Positions 1 to 13,109 of a DNA stretch of 64,000 nucleotides are shown piece by piece. Where the stretch lies: the NCBI RefSeq assembly GCF_026571515.1, contig NW_026854188.1:372001-436000 (forward strand), written 5' to 3'. Both the position numbers and the translations under genes were made by a program. The DNA is from Ruditapes philippinarum (taxonomy: Eukaryota). The stretch's first letter is position 1, and the number at the start of each line of letters is the position of its first letter. Under the pieces are notes generated by a model that was given only the letters and a program-made list of their open reading frames with translations, was not told where the DNA came from and did no database searches.

Positions 1-2085
1 AAACGTCAACAAATCAAGTACAGGTATTATATCAGGAAATTATCTTATCAATGGGTTTATTATAAATTGTGTTGTTGATACAAATGTTTATAAATTTGTG
101 CAGGTTTATTTAATTCAAATCTATTAGTCAATAAAGTCCAAGAGATAAACACACACAAACAACTTTAGGATGAACAGTTAATACATTCATCAATTTTCTT
201 ATTTAAGTAATTTAAGTAAAAGTGTTTTTAAACCGTAAAACTGTATATATTCATCAATTCTGACATATATTCGACCTGTAATATATTAAGTTTATATATT
301 TAATATAGCATATTAAAATGCATGACTGGTGGGCTATGCAGAACAAGGTTGTTGCAAGGGTCGCGAAATTATATGACATTCTTTCCAAAAATGTGATCTT
401 TTCTCCGGTGATCTCATAATTTTGTTATAGTTAATAACCTTTACTCATAATTGTACATTTGTTCTCCGCCGGAGTATTTAGTTATAAATCATGTTTTTTT
501 TCTCTCGTGATATTTGTTTTCGCGGGTATTATTACATTGCTATATAAATCAGAATTTTGTGACACGAGACAGAGCCCCTCAGGATCTCGAGTTCTTATGG
601 ATAATATTTAGTTTAAAAAGTCATATTTTATTCTGTAGGTTTCAAATTTATAAAGTGTTACAAAAATAAACATTTGGAAACTATACGTCAATGTTTGTGC
701 TCTCTATTCAAATACTGTCATGTGACTGGAGTAATGCAAAGCGTTATTAATGTATACTCCACCACAAAGATCAACCTTCATATTCTTTTAGTTTTATCTC
801 AGTCTGCACGGTTCCCTAGTCAACAATAATATTTTTATGTATCCATTTATTGATGATAAATGGTTCTATTATTCAAAATCGAAGTGCAAAGCCCTAGTCA
901 GTTACAGCCAACTGTATTAGGTAAAATTTGATTGTGTTGTTTATTCCGTTCAAGATGAAGTGAACACTGACACTAATTAGTGTACGATAGATAAAACTTT
1001 TCATCTAGAATTATAATTTGCCGTTGCATCAATGCTTTTCTTGTTATTTGTAAAAAAACATACTAGATTAAGAAAAGCATTAAGTCATTCACTGTTGTTT
1101 TATATGATTAAGGTTTGGACTAGATATGAGTATTGGAATAGACTCAAGGCAATTTGTTAGGATGAAGAACGTAAATATATCTTTCGGGATTTTTTAAATA
1201 ATCTGCTTTAAAGCCGAACATTGCGGCTAAACTGAACGTCAAATATTACACAAAATTTACAATTTTCTTTCCATTTTTCAAACATTTTTCGGCGTAAAAC
1301 AATTAATTTTATATCAGATTAAAGGAAAAAATAATTTCCGTCGAATGCTGTTGAATTTAAGACATTTTGTCCACCAATGGCGTTGAAATACCCGTAAAAG
1401 TTGCCAAGGATACACAACGACGTCATGTTCAAAAACGGGCTTTGATGGTCAATTTTGACGCCGTGTGTACAAAAATTTGCTGAAACTATTGAAATAAAAT
1501 CAACGGAACCTTATCAGAAATATAGTCAACTGTTTGCTTGCCAATTTTCAAGACGCTACTCGAAAGTTTGCAAAGTGTCGCGTTCTACCTTAAACTACAA
1601 GTCTCACGTGATAAACATAAATTACATCTAACATCTTTCTGTTATTGACTGAATTACATTTTAAAAGTGTTGTTTAATCCAAGAAACGATAAAATGATAC
1701 AATTTTTCTGTGCAATGCTAAAAGGTAAAAGGTTAATGTAAATATATATATAAATATTTTAAGTATATTTATTAAGATTTCATTTATATTATCGAAAGCT
1801 AGACGTTGCTCCGCTTTTCTTAATCTTCACAAACTTTTGACATATTGCTAATGGTTTATACCAGAAGTAAAACAAAAACATAATTAAAGGAAAAAATACA
1901 ACAAAGAAACAACAAAATAGACAAAACACACACACACACAAAGTGACGAAGACAACACATGCATTAAAACTCCCACTCATACAAATTACTGTGTTAAAAA
2001 TGCCCAGTATCAAAAGCATCAACATTATATGATTTCTAATACATGCAATTTGGTTTGAATTATTTCTGAATATATAAAGTAAAAA

Positions 2086-2272
2086 CCTCACCTCTGTGGG
2101 TTCGAATCCCGACAGGGACTTTGGATTATTTCATGTGAGGAAGCTATCCAGCTAGCTTACGGAACGTCGGTGGTTCTACTCAGGTACCCGTTCGTGCCTG
2201 AAATAATGCACGGAAGGGCACCTGAGGTCTTCCTCCACCAGTAAAGCTGGAACGTCGCGATATGACATATAC
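2086..2272 (+). mobile_element. tRNA-head SINE (5'-truncated)
   Basis: B box GGTTCGAATCC followed by the body CATGTGAGGAAGCTATCCAGCT...GTCGGTGGTTCTAC.CAGGT.CCCG...GGGCACCTG.GGTCTTCCTCCACCA, shared with 3 other copies in the window. Confidence 0.8.
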
Positions 2273-3126
2273 TATAAAACATTTCTTTAGTGTAGCAATA
2301 GGATTTTCGCAGCTTTAGAAAAGGTTACTGACATTTTTTTTTAAAACAAGGACATATTCTTTTAAAGGACTCCAAACTTTATTAAACTTACTGTCATGCG
2401 TTATATATAATTTCTTTCTGTTAGTCTCGAACATTTCACATTTTATCAAGAGATGGACATCTGTCTCAGTAATAAGTTTGGTTTGATTCATTTTCCGCGA
2501 TAGTAAAACTTTATAGAGGCGTGATGGATTCCTCTGGAAATCGTTTCAAATTTCACGATTAAGATGGATACCCCATTTATATTTAATGTTCAAAGTTTTT
2601 TTTATTGACAAGGACGAATCGACCCGAGGCACCCAAGGCTAGTGTCTGTGTTAAAAACTGTATATCTATATGTAATTAAGTACCTCGCTTGAACTGTGTA
2701 AAGTTGTCTGTCAACCACGAGTTTGTAAGGCACGTTCAGCTGTGGTGAATGTTACGTAACCAACTTCTTGATTGGTTTTTAAAAGTAGACATTCTCGACA
2801 CACCATGACAGAAACAACGGGGAATCGCTATTATTTATTTCCCGATTGCATTCTTCATTTCTACCGCTTTCACCTTTGTCCGCTACTCAAATATTGGCTA
2901 AGTTTAAGACAATAGCATAGTGGCTTGAATATGATCGTGTCGTCGCTGCTGACTTGTCAGAACATTGTAATATACAGTTACTAGTACTAACTTACGATAA
3001 ACTGTTTCGAATTGCAATTTCGGTTTCGTAATTTTTGTGTTAATATAATAAAACTTGAAAATAGATATCAAAGAAAATGTTTGTGAACAATTTCACCAAA
3101 ACAGGTCTCATTCGTTCAACGTTCTA

Positions 3127-6100
3127 TTAAGATTTGATAAAAATTGCCATGTAGTCGGCTCTTCCAAACATTCGTCTGCTCCAATAGTCGATTGTGTTAA
3201 TCTTCGAGTAAAGGAATTGTGGATATTTTGGATGGTTATCCCAGTTGCATAAGTTATTTGGACGTTCTTCTTCAGATATTACCATGTGACCTTGGTCTAC
3301 AGCACAACCACCATAGTGTGAGTTGATTATAAAGCGACGTTCACCTGATCTGGGTCTGTAATCTCCAGCAATCGAGAAGAGGTTGAAACTTCTGGTTGCA
3401 GTTAGATCTGTATAGCTTGATGAGATAACACGTCGTTTATCAAACCAAGAGTTGATATTACTTCCGGCCCCATTGAATATGACGTAAGCAACTTCTTGAT
3501 TGTTTTCATAGTAGGCATACTTGACATACTTTACCCCAATATTGGCCCAGTTTGAGACAATTCTGTTTCTGTAGTGATCCGAGTACGATCTTGCCATAGA
3601 TTTGGGTTTGTATGAGGAAACACCAACCCCTGAATTAAAGATTTATAATAGAACTATACTAATACAATAAATACAATATTAGCAGCATGCATATCATATG
3701 GGAACATTTTATTCAAATATTCTTTTCGCTAAACATGTGAAAATGTGAAATTTTACTTACTGTGAAATTATCAGCTTTAATATAGTTTTCATAGATAAAT
3801 CAGTATATCTCTTAAAAGCATGGATAAAATATAGGTCATCTTACGAAAGCCGTAAATGTAAAAAGCCACCTGTATGCTATTAACCAATACTGAGCCTTTT
3901 TGATAACTTCCTGATTTATGATAATTAAGCAGTATGAAGAAACCAAAGACAAATATATTTTCATTTTATATCAGATAAATGTGTTCACAATTGATCTTTT
4001 GCAGAGCATACCAGTTTGCATACTTTATCGTCAACTGTAATAATATTACTGTAGCTAGCTATAGGGTAGATGTTTTGTTCAAGCACAGAACGATTATGAT
4101 TTTTATACTACACTAAAGTTCCTCTGAAAGATTATTATTATAGTCATAGATTGTTTAGAAAATATCAATGTAGACGTATAAAAGTTCTAATTACATAAAA
4201 GAATATTTAAAAATTACAGCAATTGTTTGAATGTTGTTGTGTGTTTTTTTTGTTCTTGTTGTTTGATTTGTTATTTTGCTGTTTTTTGTTTTTGTTTTGT
4301 TTTTGTTATTGTTGTTTTCTTTGTTGCTGTTACTTTTCACTGTAAGCTTGCTCGCATTTTAAGGTTTAAAAAAATAATTCTTGCACACCTTTGGTCCACG
4401 CATTATATACATTTTGCCCATTACTTGATGAGGCCCGAAATACCATCTTCCATCCGTCCTGCTCAAGCTCCGAGACAAGCAGCACCCGTTGTCCAGGAGT
4501 ATTCAATCTGTAATAAAGTTAATAGTTTGATCAATGGCTCGCTCGTTTGGTCTCGGTCCTGCTGAATTGTCTGAATAATTATAAATTTCAGGCATTAAAT
4601 TGCTGCTTCAAAATTAAATGGAAATTGCGTCAATGCTCAAGAATATTAAAAATTCACAAAGGGCTATAATTCATTTAAGTTCTATACCAGAGTTAGCCTT
4701 TGATAGTGACCTCCAAATATGATCTCAAGACATTTATTACGTTTTATGTGAATATTTTCAGTTTTCTTTCGAAAACTGATGTTAAAGTTTCAAATGAATA
4801 CCTACCACTACATACATGTCGTTTCAAAACTTTAACCAAGACTTTTCTAACTTCACATTGTGACAATTATTCAGTCTAAATCTAAATTAGGTTCACGGGG
4901 TTTAGAGTGTGATCTCCAATTATGATCACGAAAACATAAATTCATATAAACATTTGTATTTGGTTTCAATTGTTCTTAAAAAATGATGTTACAGTGCCAA
5001 GCAATAACCAAGAATTTTCCGAGTTCACAAAGAGTCTATTAATCAATCAAAATCTATGTCAGAGTAATGGTCCTTGGAAAGTGACCTCTATTCATGGCCA
5101 CGAAGACATGCATTAAGATTAAAGTAAATTCAGAAGGTTCGCAAAGGGTCATAATGCAGTAAAATCCAAGATAAGGTACTGATTTTGGATAATTTTTGTC
5201 TTGGATATTGACATCTACTTCTCATGCCAAAGACATGATGCCAAAGACATAAATTAAATTTCAATTGAACACTTCATTACATAATTATGATCGTCACTTT
5301 TCAATGATATTACATGGAAAACTTTAAGCAGGACTTATTTAACATGCGCATGGAGACATCAATTGCATTACACATATGCCAAAACATCAAAGACCGGATA
5401 TGGTGACCACGATAGTATCCTATTTCAATAAGTTGTAATGTGATTGTTTTCCGACTGGTTTGCATTTATTATAAAAAAAATATTAAAAACGTGACTGTCC
5501 AGAAAACTAAATGATAAATTTCCAACATTGGCAGTAATACAACAATGCGATAAAGCGAAAACACAACAATGCGAAAAAGTCAAAATATAACAATGCGAAA
5601 AATCGGAAAAAAACAACAAAAAAAACAACAGATGAAATGCAAATAGACGCCAGATTTTGCGTGTCGTATTGCCGCCCTTCTTCTCACGTAATTTCGACTT
5701 TTCGCCTCGAAAATCCGAAAAAGCGAATACACGAAGAGATGACAAAAAACAACAACATTAAAACGTGCAACCACAGCGCGTCGTCACGAGAATCTATCCG
5801 TTACTGCATGTTTGTCCTCCTTTAATGTAAACCTGCATGCACGCTCACATGCAAGACATATAAAAAAAATAGCTACAACAGTTAACGTATCTTGTATGGC
5901 ATAAAATTGTAAATATTATAAGGTTATTCAACATAGTTGAATCGATACTGAATTCTATTAAACGAGTAAGCAGCTGTCAAACCTATATTCAACGAGAAGC
6001 GTGCCGTGTCTGATATAAGTCTTTCAACCTTCTTTGAGTTAAATATAATCAGTATTCAACTAAACAAAGATAAATTACTTCATGATTGCACGCTACAATT

Positions 6101-8239
6101 TTTACATTTAAACTTAACTTTGTCATTCGCGTACAGTAAGGATTGATTTTTATGGGGGTTTTAACGAGGCTAGACGGATGTCATTCAGCCGATCCAAAAT
6201 TCTATATCAAATCATTATTTTAGTCCATTTAGGCTCCTTTCAATTTTGCAACTCCAGATATTCCGTATCAAACCACTGTTGTACTCCATCTAGCCTGCTC
6301 TATTGCGAAACAAGTTCTTGCACCTTATATTATTAACTTTCGAGTCCGCTTCCTGTAACCAACCAGTACTTGTGTCATATGAAGAAACATGGTCGTGACT
6401 CGATAAGAGCGCGGACCAATAATCCCTGGGTTGAGAGACAGACACCTTATCACTATTCCACCGCTCCACCTTTCGGATCGGTTAAATGAAAATGAGGCAA
6501 AATTGAGATTGGATCCAATAAAAATTTATATGGGGAGATCACAAGGTGCAAACGTTCATTTTTTACATTCTACAAGTTGTGAAATAAATATTCGTGTCCA
6601 AAAACTCCATATCAAATCCATATTGTACTCCATCAAACATTGTTTTCTTTTTCTGAGTCAAAAAACAAAGTTTATCTCTCTGTTTAATAAATCCATATTT
6701 TACTCAAAGTATAGATCTAGCATATTATTGCTCAGAAAACGAATATTTGTTATTTCAGGTTATTTCAATGGTAGACAGCTTAACCGTAAGCCTTGACAAA
6801 CGGTATTTAGAATATAATTTCTAATTATTTCCTATTTAGTTATCTCCTTATTTCCTAGTCTTTGAAAATATGTCATTTTTGAAGAAACTTAGTTTAGATA
6901 ATAGGAAATAAGCAAACAACTCATTACCAATTCTTGAAATTTTGTACAATCATTCGAAAGTAATTAAGTTTTTATATATAGATTTTAAACAAAGGAAAAA
7001 AAAAGTAATTTCTAACCTTGACTGTGAATTATCTACCCTTGCAATAAATAAACACTAACTTTATGTTTAAAGCAGCGTGTCAATGTCTCCAGATTCTTAC
7101 TTATTTTCATGAAAATTTTAGAAATGTATTTTTAAGTAAAGTTTTGTGAAGTGAAGCACATTGCAATCGACACTTACAATCCACGTAAACCAAATAGAGA
7201 ATAAAATCTGCAAAAACAGCCCAGTCACGCAGAAGAAAAATTATGATAAATATTGCAAAAAATGTCATTAATCGTGCATAACATGTAAAGTTTTACTTGA
7301 ATCTTGAAACTTTTCACATTTCATAAAATCTTCTTACGTTTTTTCAAGGTTGAATTTCATGAAATATTTCGGCTCATATGGAGGCATGCAGCTTTAAAAG
7401 TACACTTTCAAATGAACAATACTGAATTTTACAAAAGTACACAGCTGTAAAATATATCATGGACGAAGCGCTAGTTGTGTACGAGTCCAATATAATCGGT
7501 ATGGTACTCAACAATAGGCCCTATACGAGTATACGAAGGTCTTCATTTCATTAAAACAATTTTCTTTTTGAAAAGAAAATAATTACTGACACTATATTTC
7601 TTTCGAAATAAAGGACTGGTTATCAGTTTCTCTACGTGTTATAGGGTTTGTAAGCGAACAGCATGGATCCTGATCAGACTGCGCGGATGCGCAGGCTGGT
7701 CTGGATCCATGCTGGTCGCAAACCCATTATGTTGGTTTTGTCATGACGCGGCTCATATAACTTTGATTTCGCTTTGTGTTATTTCATTGTGATAATTTAC
7801 ATAAATATTCAACATATTTCACCCGTGAAACAATAATCTGAGCTATGAGCTCTTATCGACTGAGTACAATATTTGCCACAAACAAATATAATATCATCTC
7901 TATACTTTCCTGTTAAAGTAACAACCCGGTAAAAAAATTCAGTTTAAGTGGTAAAAAAATTGAAAATTGATATTCCAGATAGAAAAACTATAATAAGATT
8001 TTAAAAGTGATCGAAGGAGAAAAAACATGCCTTGAATTATCACTTTTTTGTTGTTCTTTTTCACTTTCAAGCTTATCCAATCTTTCCAATACTTTCTTCA
8101 TGTTCATATTAATTTCCATCATTTTGTCAAACAAAAAGTTTTCAACGGACCGTGTTGACAAAGGCTCACCCGACAAGACAATTCTAACGTCTGCTACAAG
8201 CAGACAAAATAAACTGGCAAATAACAGAGACCTACTCAT
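3127..8239 (-). CDS. Uncharacterised secreted protein, paralog A (signal peptide + coiled coil + ~200-aa globular domain), 3 exons, 276 aa
   Basis: Exons 8239-8031 (MSRSLLFASLFCLLVADVRIVLSG...SDNS, phase 2, GC donor AG|gcatgt), 4507-4389 (tacag|A TTG...LNTPGQRVLLVSELEQDGWKMVFRASSSNGQNVYNAWTK G|gtgtg) and 3629-3127 (ttcag|GG...VGVSSYKPKSMARSYSDHYRN...FGRADYMAIFIKS*). Total 831 nt, in frame. Exon phases and the 119-nt exon 2 match the other two paralogs. Confidence 0.88.
4530..5425. repeat. Degenerate ~170-200-bp repeats, probably an old Helentron-like element, in intron 1 of paralog A
   Basis: Recurring TTCACAAAGGG..ATAAT..., GTGACCTC(C)AA.TATGATC.C(A/G)AAGACAT and AAAGTTTCAA.TGAA motifs. Confidence 0.45.
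6270..6467 (-). mobile_element. Degenerate SINE of a second family
   Basis: On the - strand it has a tRNA-like head (GGAGCGGTGGAATAGTGATAAGGTGTCTGTCTCTCAACCCAGGGA) and a body containing GTACTGGTTGGTTACAGGAAGCGGACTCGA. Confidence 0.55.
7071..7393. mobile_element. Diverged TTAA-flanked MITE related to 63395-63732
   Basis: TTAA|AGCAGC...CTCCAGAT at the left end and ATATGGAGGCATGCAGCT|TTAA at the right end. Similar length to the 63.4-kb copy. Confidence 0.65.
7620..7754. mobile_element. Half copy of the same MITE (intron 1 of paralog A)
   Basis: Spacer in reverse orientation plus one arm AGCGAACAGCATGGATCC...TCATGACGCGGCTC. A further short fragment lies at about 57658-57712. Confidence 0.85.
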
Positions 8240-8295
8240 ATTTTCCTAACACGAAACAGGATAAATGCTATACTGGCCGGATCACGAGGATGAAT

Positions 8296-8352
8296 GCACT
8301 TATAAAACATCCTGAACAAAGAGAATGTCATTACATAATCGTCAACAAATCA
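8296..8352 (-). promoter_or_regulatory. Putative core promoter of paralog A
   Basis: On the - strand: TGATTTGTTGAC 102 bp before the ATG, then ATGTAATGACAT, then TTTTATAAGTG at about -62. Confidence 0.5.
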
Positions 8353-8581
8353 TTGCATTCTTATTTTTAAGTTAGATTGTACGATTTCTTCATTTTTTAC
8401 ATAGCCAAATAAGGAAAAATTGAAAAAGTAAACAGATTTTTTTCTTAAACTTTGCATGATTTAGGAATATCATTAAGTAAACAAATTAAAAAAAAACCCA
8501 TCGTGGTCACGGTCCTTCTTTTTTAGTTATCTGCCGTTCAAATCAGCTCAAATTATCATTAATATTGAGTATGTGTACTTG

Positions 8582-8617
<36 letters not shown>
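8582..8617. repeat. (AAT)n microsatellite upstream of paralog A
   Basis: About 12 ATA units. Confidence 0.9.
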
Positions 8618-9754
8618 GTTCGTTTAATTGCATTATGGGACATGTAAATAGTACTTTTTGACGAGATGTTTATTAAGCACAGTCAAACGGAATAAGTGTT
8701 TCATTATAGAAGAAATTTAAACATTATTACGTACTTTGTATTCACATATAACTAACTGAAGAAATTTACGGTGCTAAATTTTTAGTCAGAGTATGAAAAA
8801 AACGTGAGTTTGAATTGGAAATTGGGTAAAAATTAATAAAAGTGTTTATGATATTCTGCAAATAAATTCCAGGTGATTCTTATAAAATCTAATACCTTTT
8901 TTCCGAGTCCCTTACAGATGGTATCGTTATTATCTTTTTAATTTATTTATTATTATTATTTTCATTATAATTACAATTATTATTTATTTTTATAGACCGT
9001 TTTACACTGTAATATTTCCATAGAAACGAAAGTAGCATTTCGCGCATGTGCATTCTCCGTAGGGCAAAAACGAAAGAATAAATTTTATCAGTTTTATAAT
9101 TTAATACAATATAAATGATTAAATTGCAGTTCTGAATAGTTTACTAGAATAGTTTACTTGATTAATAACCGAGGCAATAGTGAATCTAAGTAATCAACTT
9201 GAACATTTCTGCATTTACTCGTTCATTATATTTGAAAGACACTTTATGATGCTTTCGATTCTGACAAGAGAACCTTTTCATACAAGCATAAGAATTAAGT
9301 ATCTTTTGCATTTTAAAAGTGTGCTGAAATGCGTCACGTGGATATATCATCCTTTAATTTATATACTCGTTATTTGAAGGTGTCATTATTGTGAGTTTCA
9401 TCATTGAAAGATATACTATGTTCAAATTTGAAGTTAGAAAATATTGATTATTGCGACACAGTTTCTTTGAAAATATAAAATAAACATGTTTTTACTTCAC
9501 ACAAAGTAGTTATGTTTAAAACTCTACACGTAAAAGATGGTCACAATATAAATATTAAGTGCCCTTTAAAGAACTTGCAGTTTTTTTAACTTGATCTGTA
9601 ATAGGGAAAACAGCTCCCCATAAATAGTTTTTTTTATTCAAATTAGGCATATTCAGTAAGAATTTCATAAATTTCAGTATAGGGTCTCGACAGCTTCCTT
9701 GGCATCTTTAAAAGAAATTGTTAAACTAATTGGATTGTTGAATTAAATTGAAAT

Positions 9755-9989
9755 GAGCCGTGTCATGACAAAACCAACATAATGGGTTTGCAACCAGCAT
9801 GGATCCAGACCAGCCTGCGCATCCGTGCAGTCTGATCAGGATCCATGCTGTTCGCTTACAAACCCTATTACAAGTAGAGAAACTGATAGCGAACAGCATG
9901 GATCCTGATCAGACTGCGTGGATGCGCAGGCTGGTCTGGATCCATGCTGGTCGCAAACCCATTATGTTGGTTTTGTCATGACATGGCTC
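9755..9989. mobile_element. Palindromic MITE (GAG...CTC termini, AAAT target duplication; Sola-like)
   Basis: About 100-bp inverted arms GAGCCGTGTCATGACAAAACCAACATAATGGGTTTGC...GGATCCATGCTGTTCGCT. AAAT flanks both sides (9751-54 and 9990-93). Confidence 0.88.
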
Positions 9990-10711
9990 AAATATATTTA
10001 ACATTTTAATCTTTTAGGTACTGACGTAGCACTTTATTTGCATTAACAAAATTTAACATGTATTTTACTTTTCTGTGACCTTAACAAGAGCTTGGGTTTA
10101 CTTTAATTTTTACAAGCTAAATATGACACAAAAGTGATAAAAAGATACACGCGAGCGTAAAATGGTAATTGTAAAGCAATGACAAATAAACAAAGTTGGG
10201 TTTGGCTGGTTTATCTCTACATAAGAATGAGTTATGGTTTAAAACAGGCAACATATCGTGCTAAACAAATGAAAAAAAATGTTTTATCTATTTATGAACA
10301 ACCACAATGCTTTGTTTAAACATTTTTGAAACATTTCTCTTTGTAGACTATCTAAAAGATACCGATACTTGTCTACCTAAACAAACAATGCGCGTATTGA
10401 AAAATATAATTTCCTTAAGATGTTTACTTACACACCTTTACCCTTTCGCAGTTGTTTCTTTACGTGTTTGACAAATGATAATTACTCTTTGGTGTAGGAA
10501 CTTCCTGATTTAACAATTGATGATATACGAAGTAAACAAGTAGTGTACATGATAAAATGTACTCTGCCTATTATTGACAATTTTCAATGTTGTAAGTATC
10601 CTATATTTCTCTATAAATCAAATTTGCATGCATGATGTTTTTTTTTCTATAATGAAACGGTTATTCTTATTCCGTCAAATAAAGATCTCGTCTTTTTGCA
10701 TCTCCCATGAT

Positions 10712-10857
10712 NNNNNNNNNNNNNNNNNNNNNNNNNNNNNNNNNNNNNNNNNNNNNNNNNNNNNNNNNNNNNNNNNNNNNNNNNNNNNNNNNNNNNNNNN
10801 NNNNNNNNNNNNNNNNNNNNNNNNNNNNNNNNNNNNNNNNNNNNNNNNNNNNNNNNN
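10712..10857. other. Assembly gap (146 N)
   Basis: Run of n characters. Confidence 1.
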
Positions 10858-12665
10858 ATAAGTATTATTATTATTAGTAGTAGTATTATTATTGGCGTTA
10901 TTTAAGTACACAATTCAGTTATATTCTGAGCCCAACTGTTCAACTTTTTAATGTTTTTTATACCAAATCAACATAAATTTTTGTTTTCTTCTCAATGGAT
11001 ATCGTCCTAGTTCTCCACACAAACCGGTGATATTAGATTATTTTTAACTATAAGCGTCATATGCAAAATTAAAGTGAAACGTCCAAAATATCTATATACG
11101 TACATGTATCTATTCATGCAATCGAAATTGTCATTTCGGCGATATATTTAACGAAAATTCAAACATATTGTAACAAATTAGCCGTTTCTTTTTGCATATG
11201 GAGAACAACATTATCCACATGTGTAACAAAATAGTTTTAAATTACTAATATTAACATAGCAATAGATAACATTGCTATGAGAAGCTTAAAAATGTCACGT
11301 AGGATTCAAAATTAGTGTCAATATAATTCATATAAAATTATTATAACAAATCTAAACTCTTTGTTTAACTAAAATACTAAAAGAGAAGTATTATTAGATT
11401 TGTTTACTGATATCTGTCGATTTCAGTAAGAGTTTACCGTTTATAAAATATGGATAAAAGTACTCTTTTCTATCTTTTTAATACATGTATATACTTTTTA
11501 TACGTATGGACAATAATTATACTCAACATCCCTAATTCCGCGCCATCACTTATTTCACTGTAATAGCATATTTTCATGTGACAAGTGTTAAAATTGGTTA
11601 GAATTGACATATTTTAATCACTTAGCTATACAACAAAGTTTTTGTGCAAAATATTTTAAATCTCTAGATTTTTACGTAAAACAGAACAACATTTTACAAA
11701 TATCTGCAAAAAGCAACAATAGTCCATTAAATATGTGCATATGTCTGAAACAATAATCAGTTTCTAAGTGTTCTTGTTTGTTGAACAAAAAAAGTTTGAG
11801 TTAACGATAATTTTAATATTTAAAATCAAGCAAAACAACATGTAGAAATGTTAACTGAAACATGAAAAAAACTGAAATGTAACACCATTACGGCGATTTA
11901 AATGATGACATAAGTTTTCAGAATGGCCGACATATGGTTTACGTTTGGCCCTTTAAAATTGACTTTGACTGAATTTATTGTTGTTTCCTTGTGCTATACA
12001 GCAGAAAATTCCTACATGTTTTAGCTTATGACAATTTTTGTACCATAAGTTTCATTTGTTGTTTTTTTTTCTGGTTTCAAAGCGTTAAGTATCGTGAACT
12101 AAGAGGAGCACAGTATAAATGACATACATCCTCAATTATATTTTTTGTTGCTTGATTCTAATTGTGAATTATAAATAAATGATTTACCGCTAACTATCTA
12201 AAACGTCAAATGATCCGCAATAACGATTCCCTCGCATCACAGTTTGTTTGGGTTCTTTTCTGTTGAAAATGTGTCAGAGTGCGTAAATTGGCCAGAGTGT
12301 AGGTAGGTATTAGGGATTAAAAAGGACATGCTTGTTGAATGACGCCTTTTTTCCGGGGTATACTTATTTTTACGACAGGGAAAGAGATACAATAGAAAAC
12401 GGGGAACGTGTTTTATTTTTTATTTTTGTCAATGATACAAAAGAGAAAGAACATCAAAACAGTTGGCAATTAGATTTATACTCGGGGCCTATGCCCTCTT
12501 TGTACAAATCAGTTAGTCTCGCGTTCCGTTGCTCTTTCTATAACCTGAATACAATTTTATAATAGTAGTGCATAACTTGTATTTTGTTTGGTATGACATA
12601 TAATTATTTGCGACATAATGGTACTTGACATTGCAGTGAATAAAATGCTAAAACGTCTTGCACAC

Positions 12666-12735
12666 TGATTGGTTGACAAATCTTTCAATGGCTTTGGGTT
12701 ACCTGGTCTATACAGAATAAAAAAGAGGGCATGCT
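12666..12735 (+). promoter_or_regulatory. Putative core promoter of paralog B (inverted CCAAT box + AT-rich TATA-like site)
   Basis: TGATTGGTTGAC lies 97 bp before the ATG. Equivalent motifs sit at the same distance in paralogs A and C. Confidence 0.5.
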
Positions 12736-12773
12736 TCCTATTAAACTAATAGTGACTATAGCACAACGCAAAC

Positions 12774-13076
12774 ATGCATAATTATAAGTTTTTAGACTGT
12801 CTACTTGTGCTGCTTATTGTAGATATAAAATATGTGCACTTAGAGGAAATTTCGGAGTCAAAGGGTTTGGGAGACAAGTTTTTAGAAAAAATGATTGAAA
12901 TTAATTTGAATGTACAAAAAACACTTGAAAGACTGGATAAGAAGATTGATAGTGGGAAAGAACGAAATAGGAGCGTACTCTCAAGGTAAGAACAGTTATT
13001 ATCTCTCCTAACATTCTGAGATCATATGATAAATCTAAATAAATCTGAATGTATCTATATAGATTTCTATCTCTTC

Positions 13077-13109
<33 letters not shown>

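Noticed and set aside
1789-2091. Hydrophobic 100-aa ORF (also 4227-4565 and 5425-5745)
   Set aside because: Low-complexity T/G-rich or A-rich sequence giving F/V/C runs, non-ATG starts, and no motif support.
9799-9981. ORF MDPDQPAHP... repeated at 49475-49717
   Set aside because: Translation of a palindromic MITE, not a gene.
10574-10911. ORFs spanning 10.6-10.9 kb
   Set aside because: Artefacts of the N gap. The gap also means the relative orientation and distance of paralogs A and B are not fully verified.
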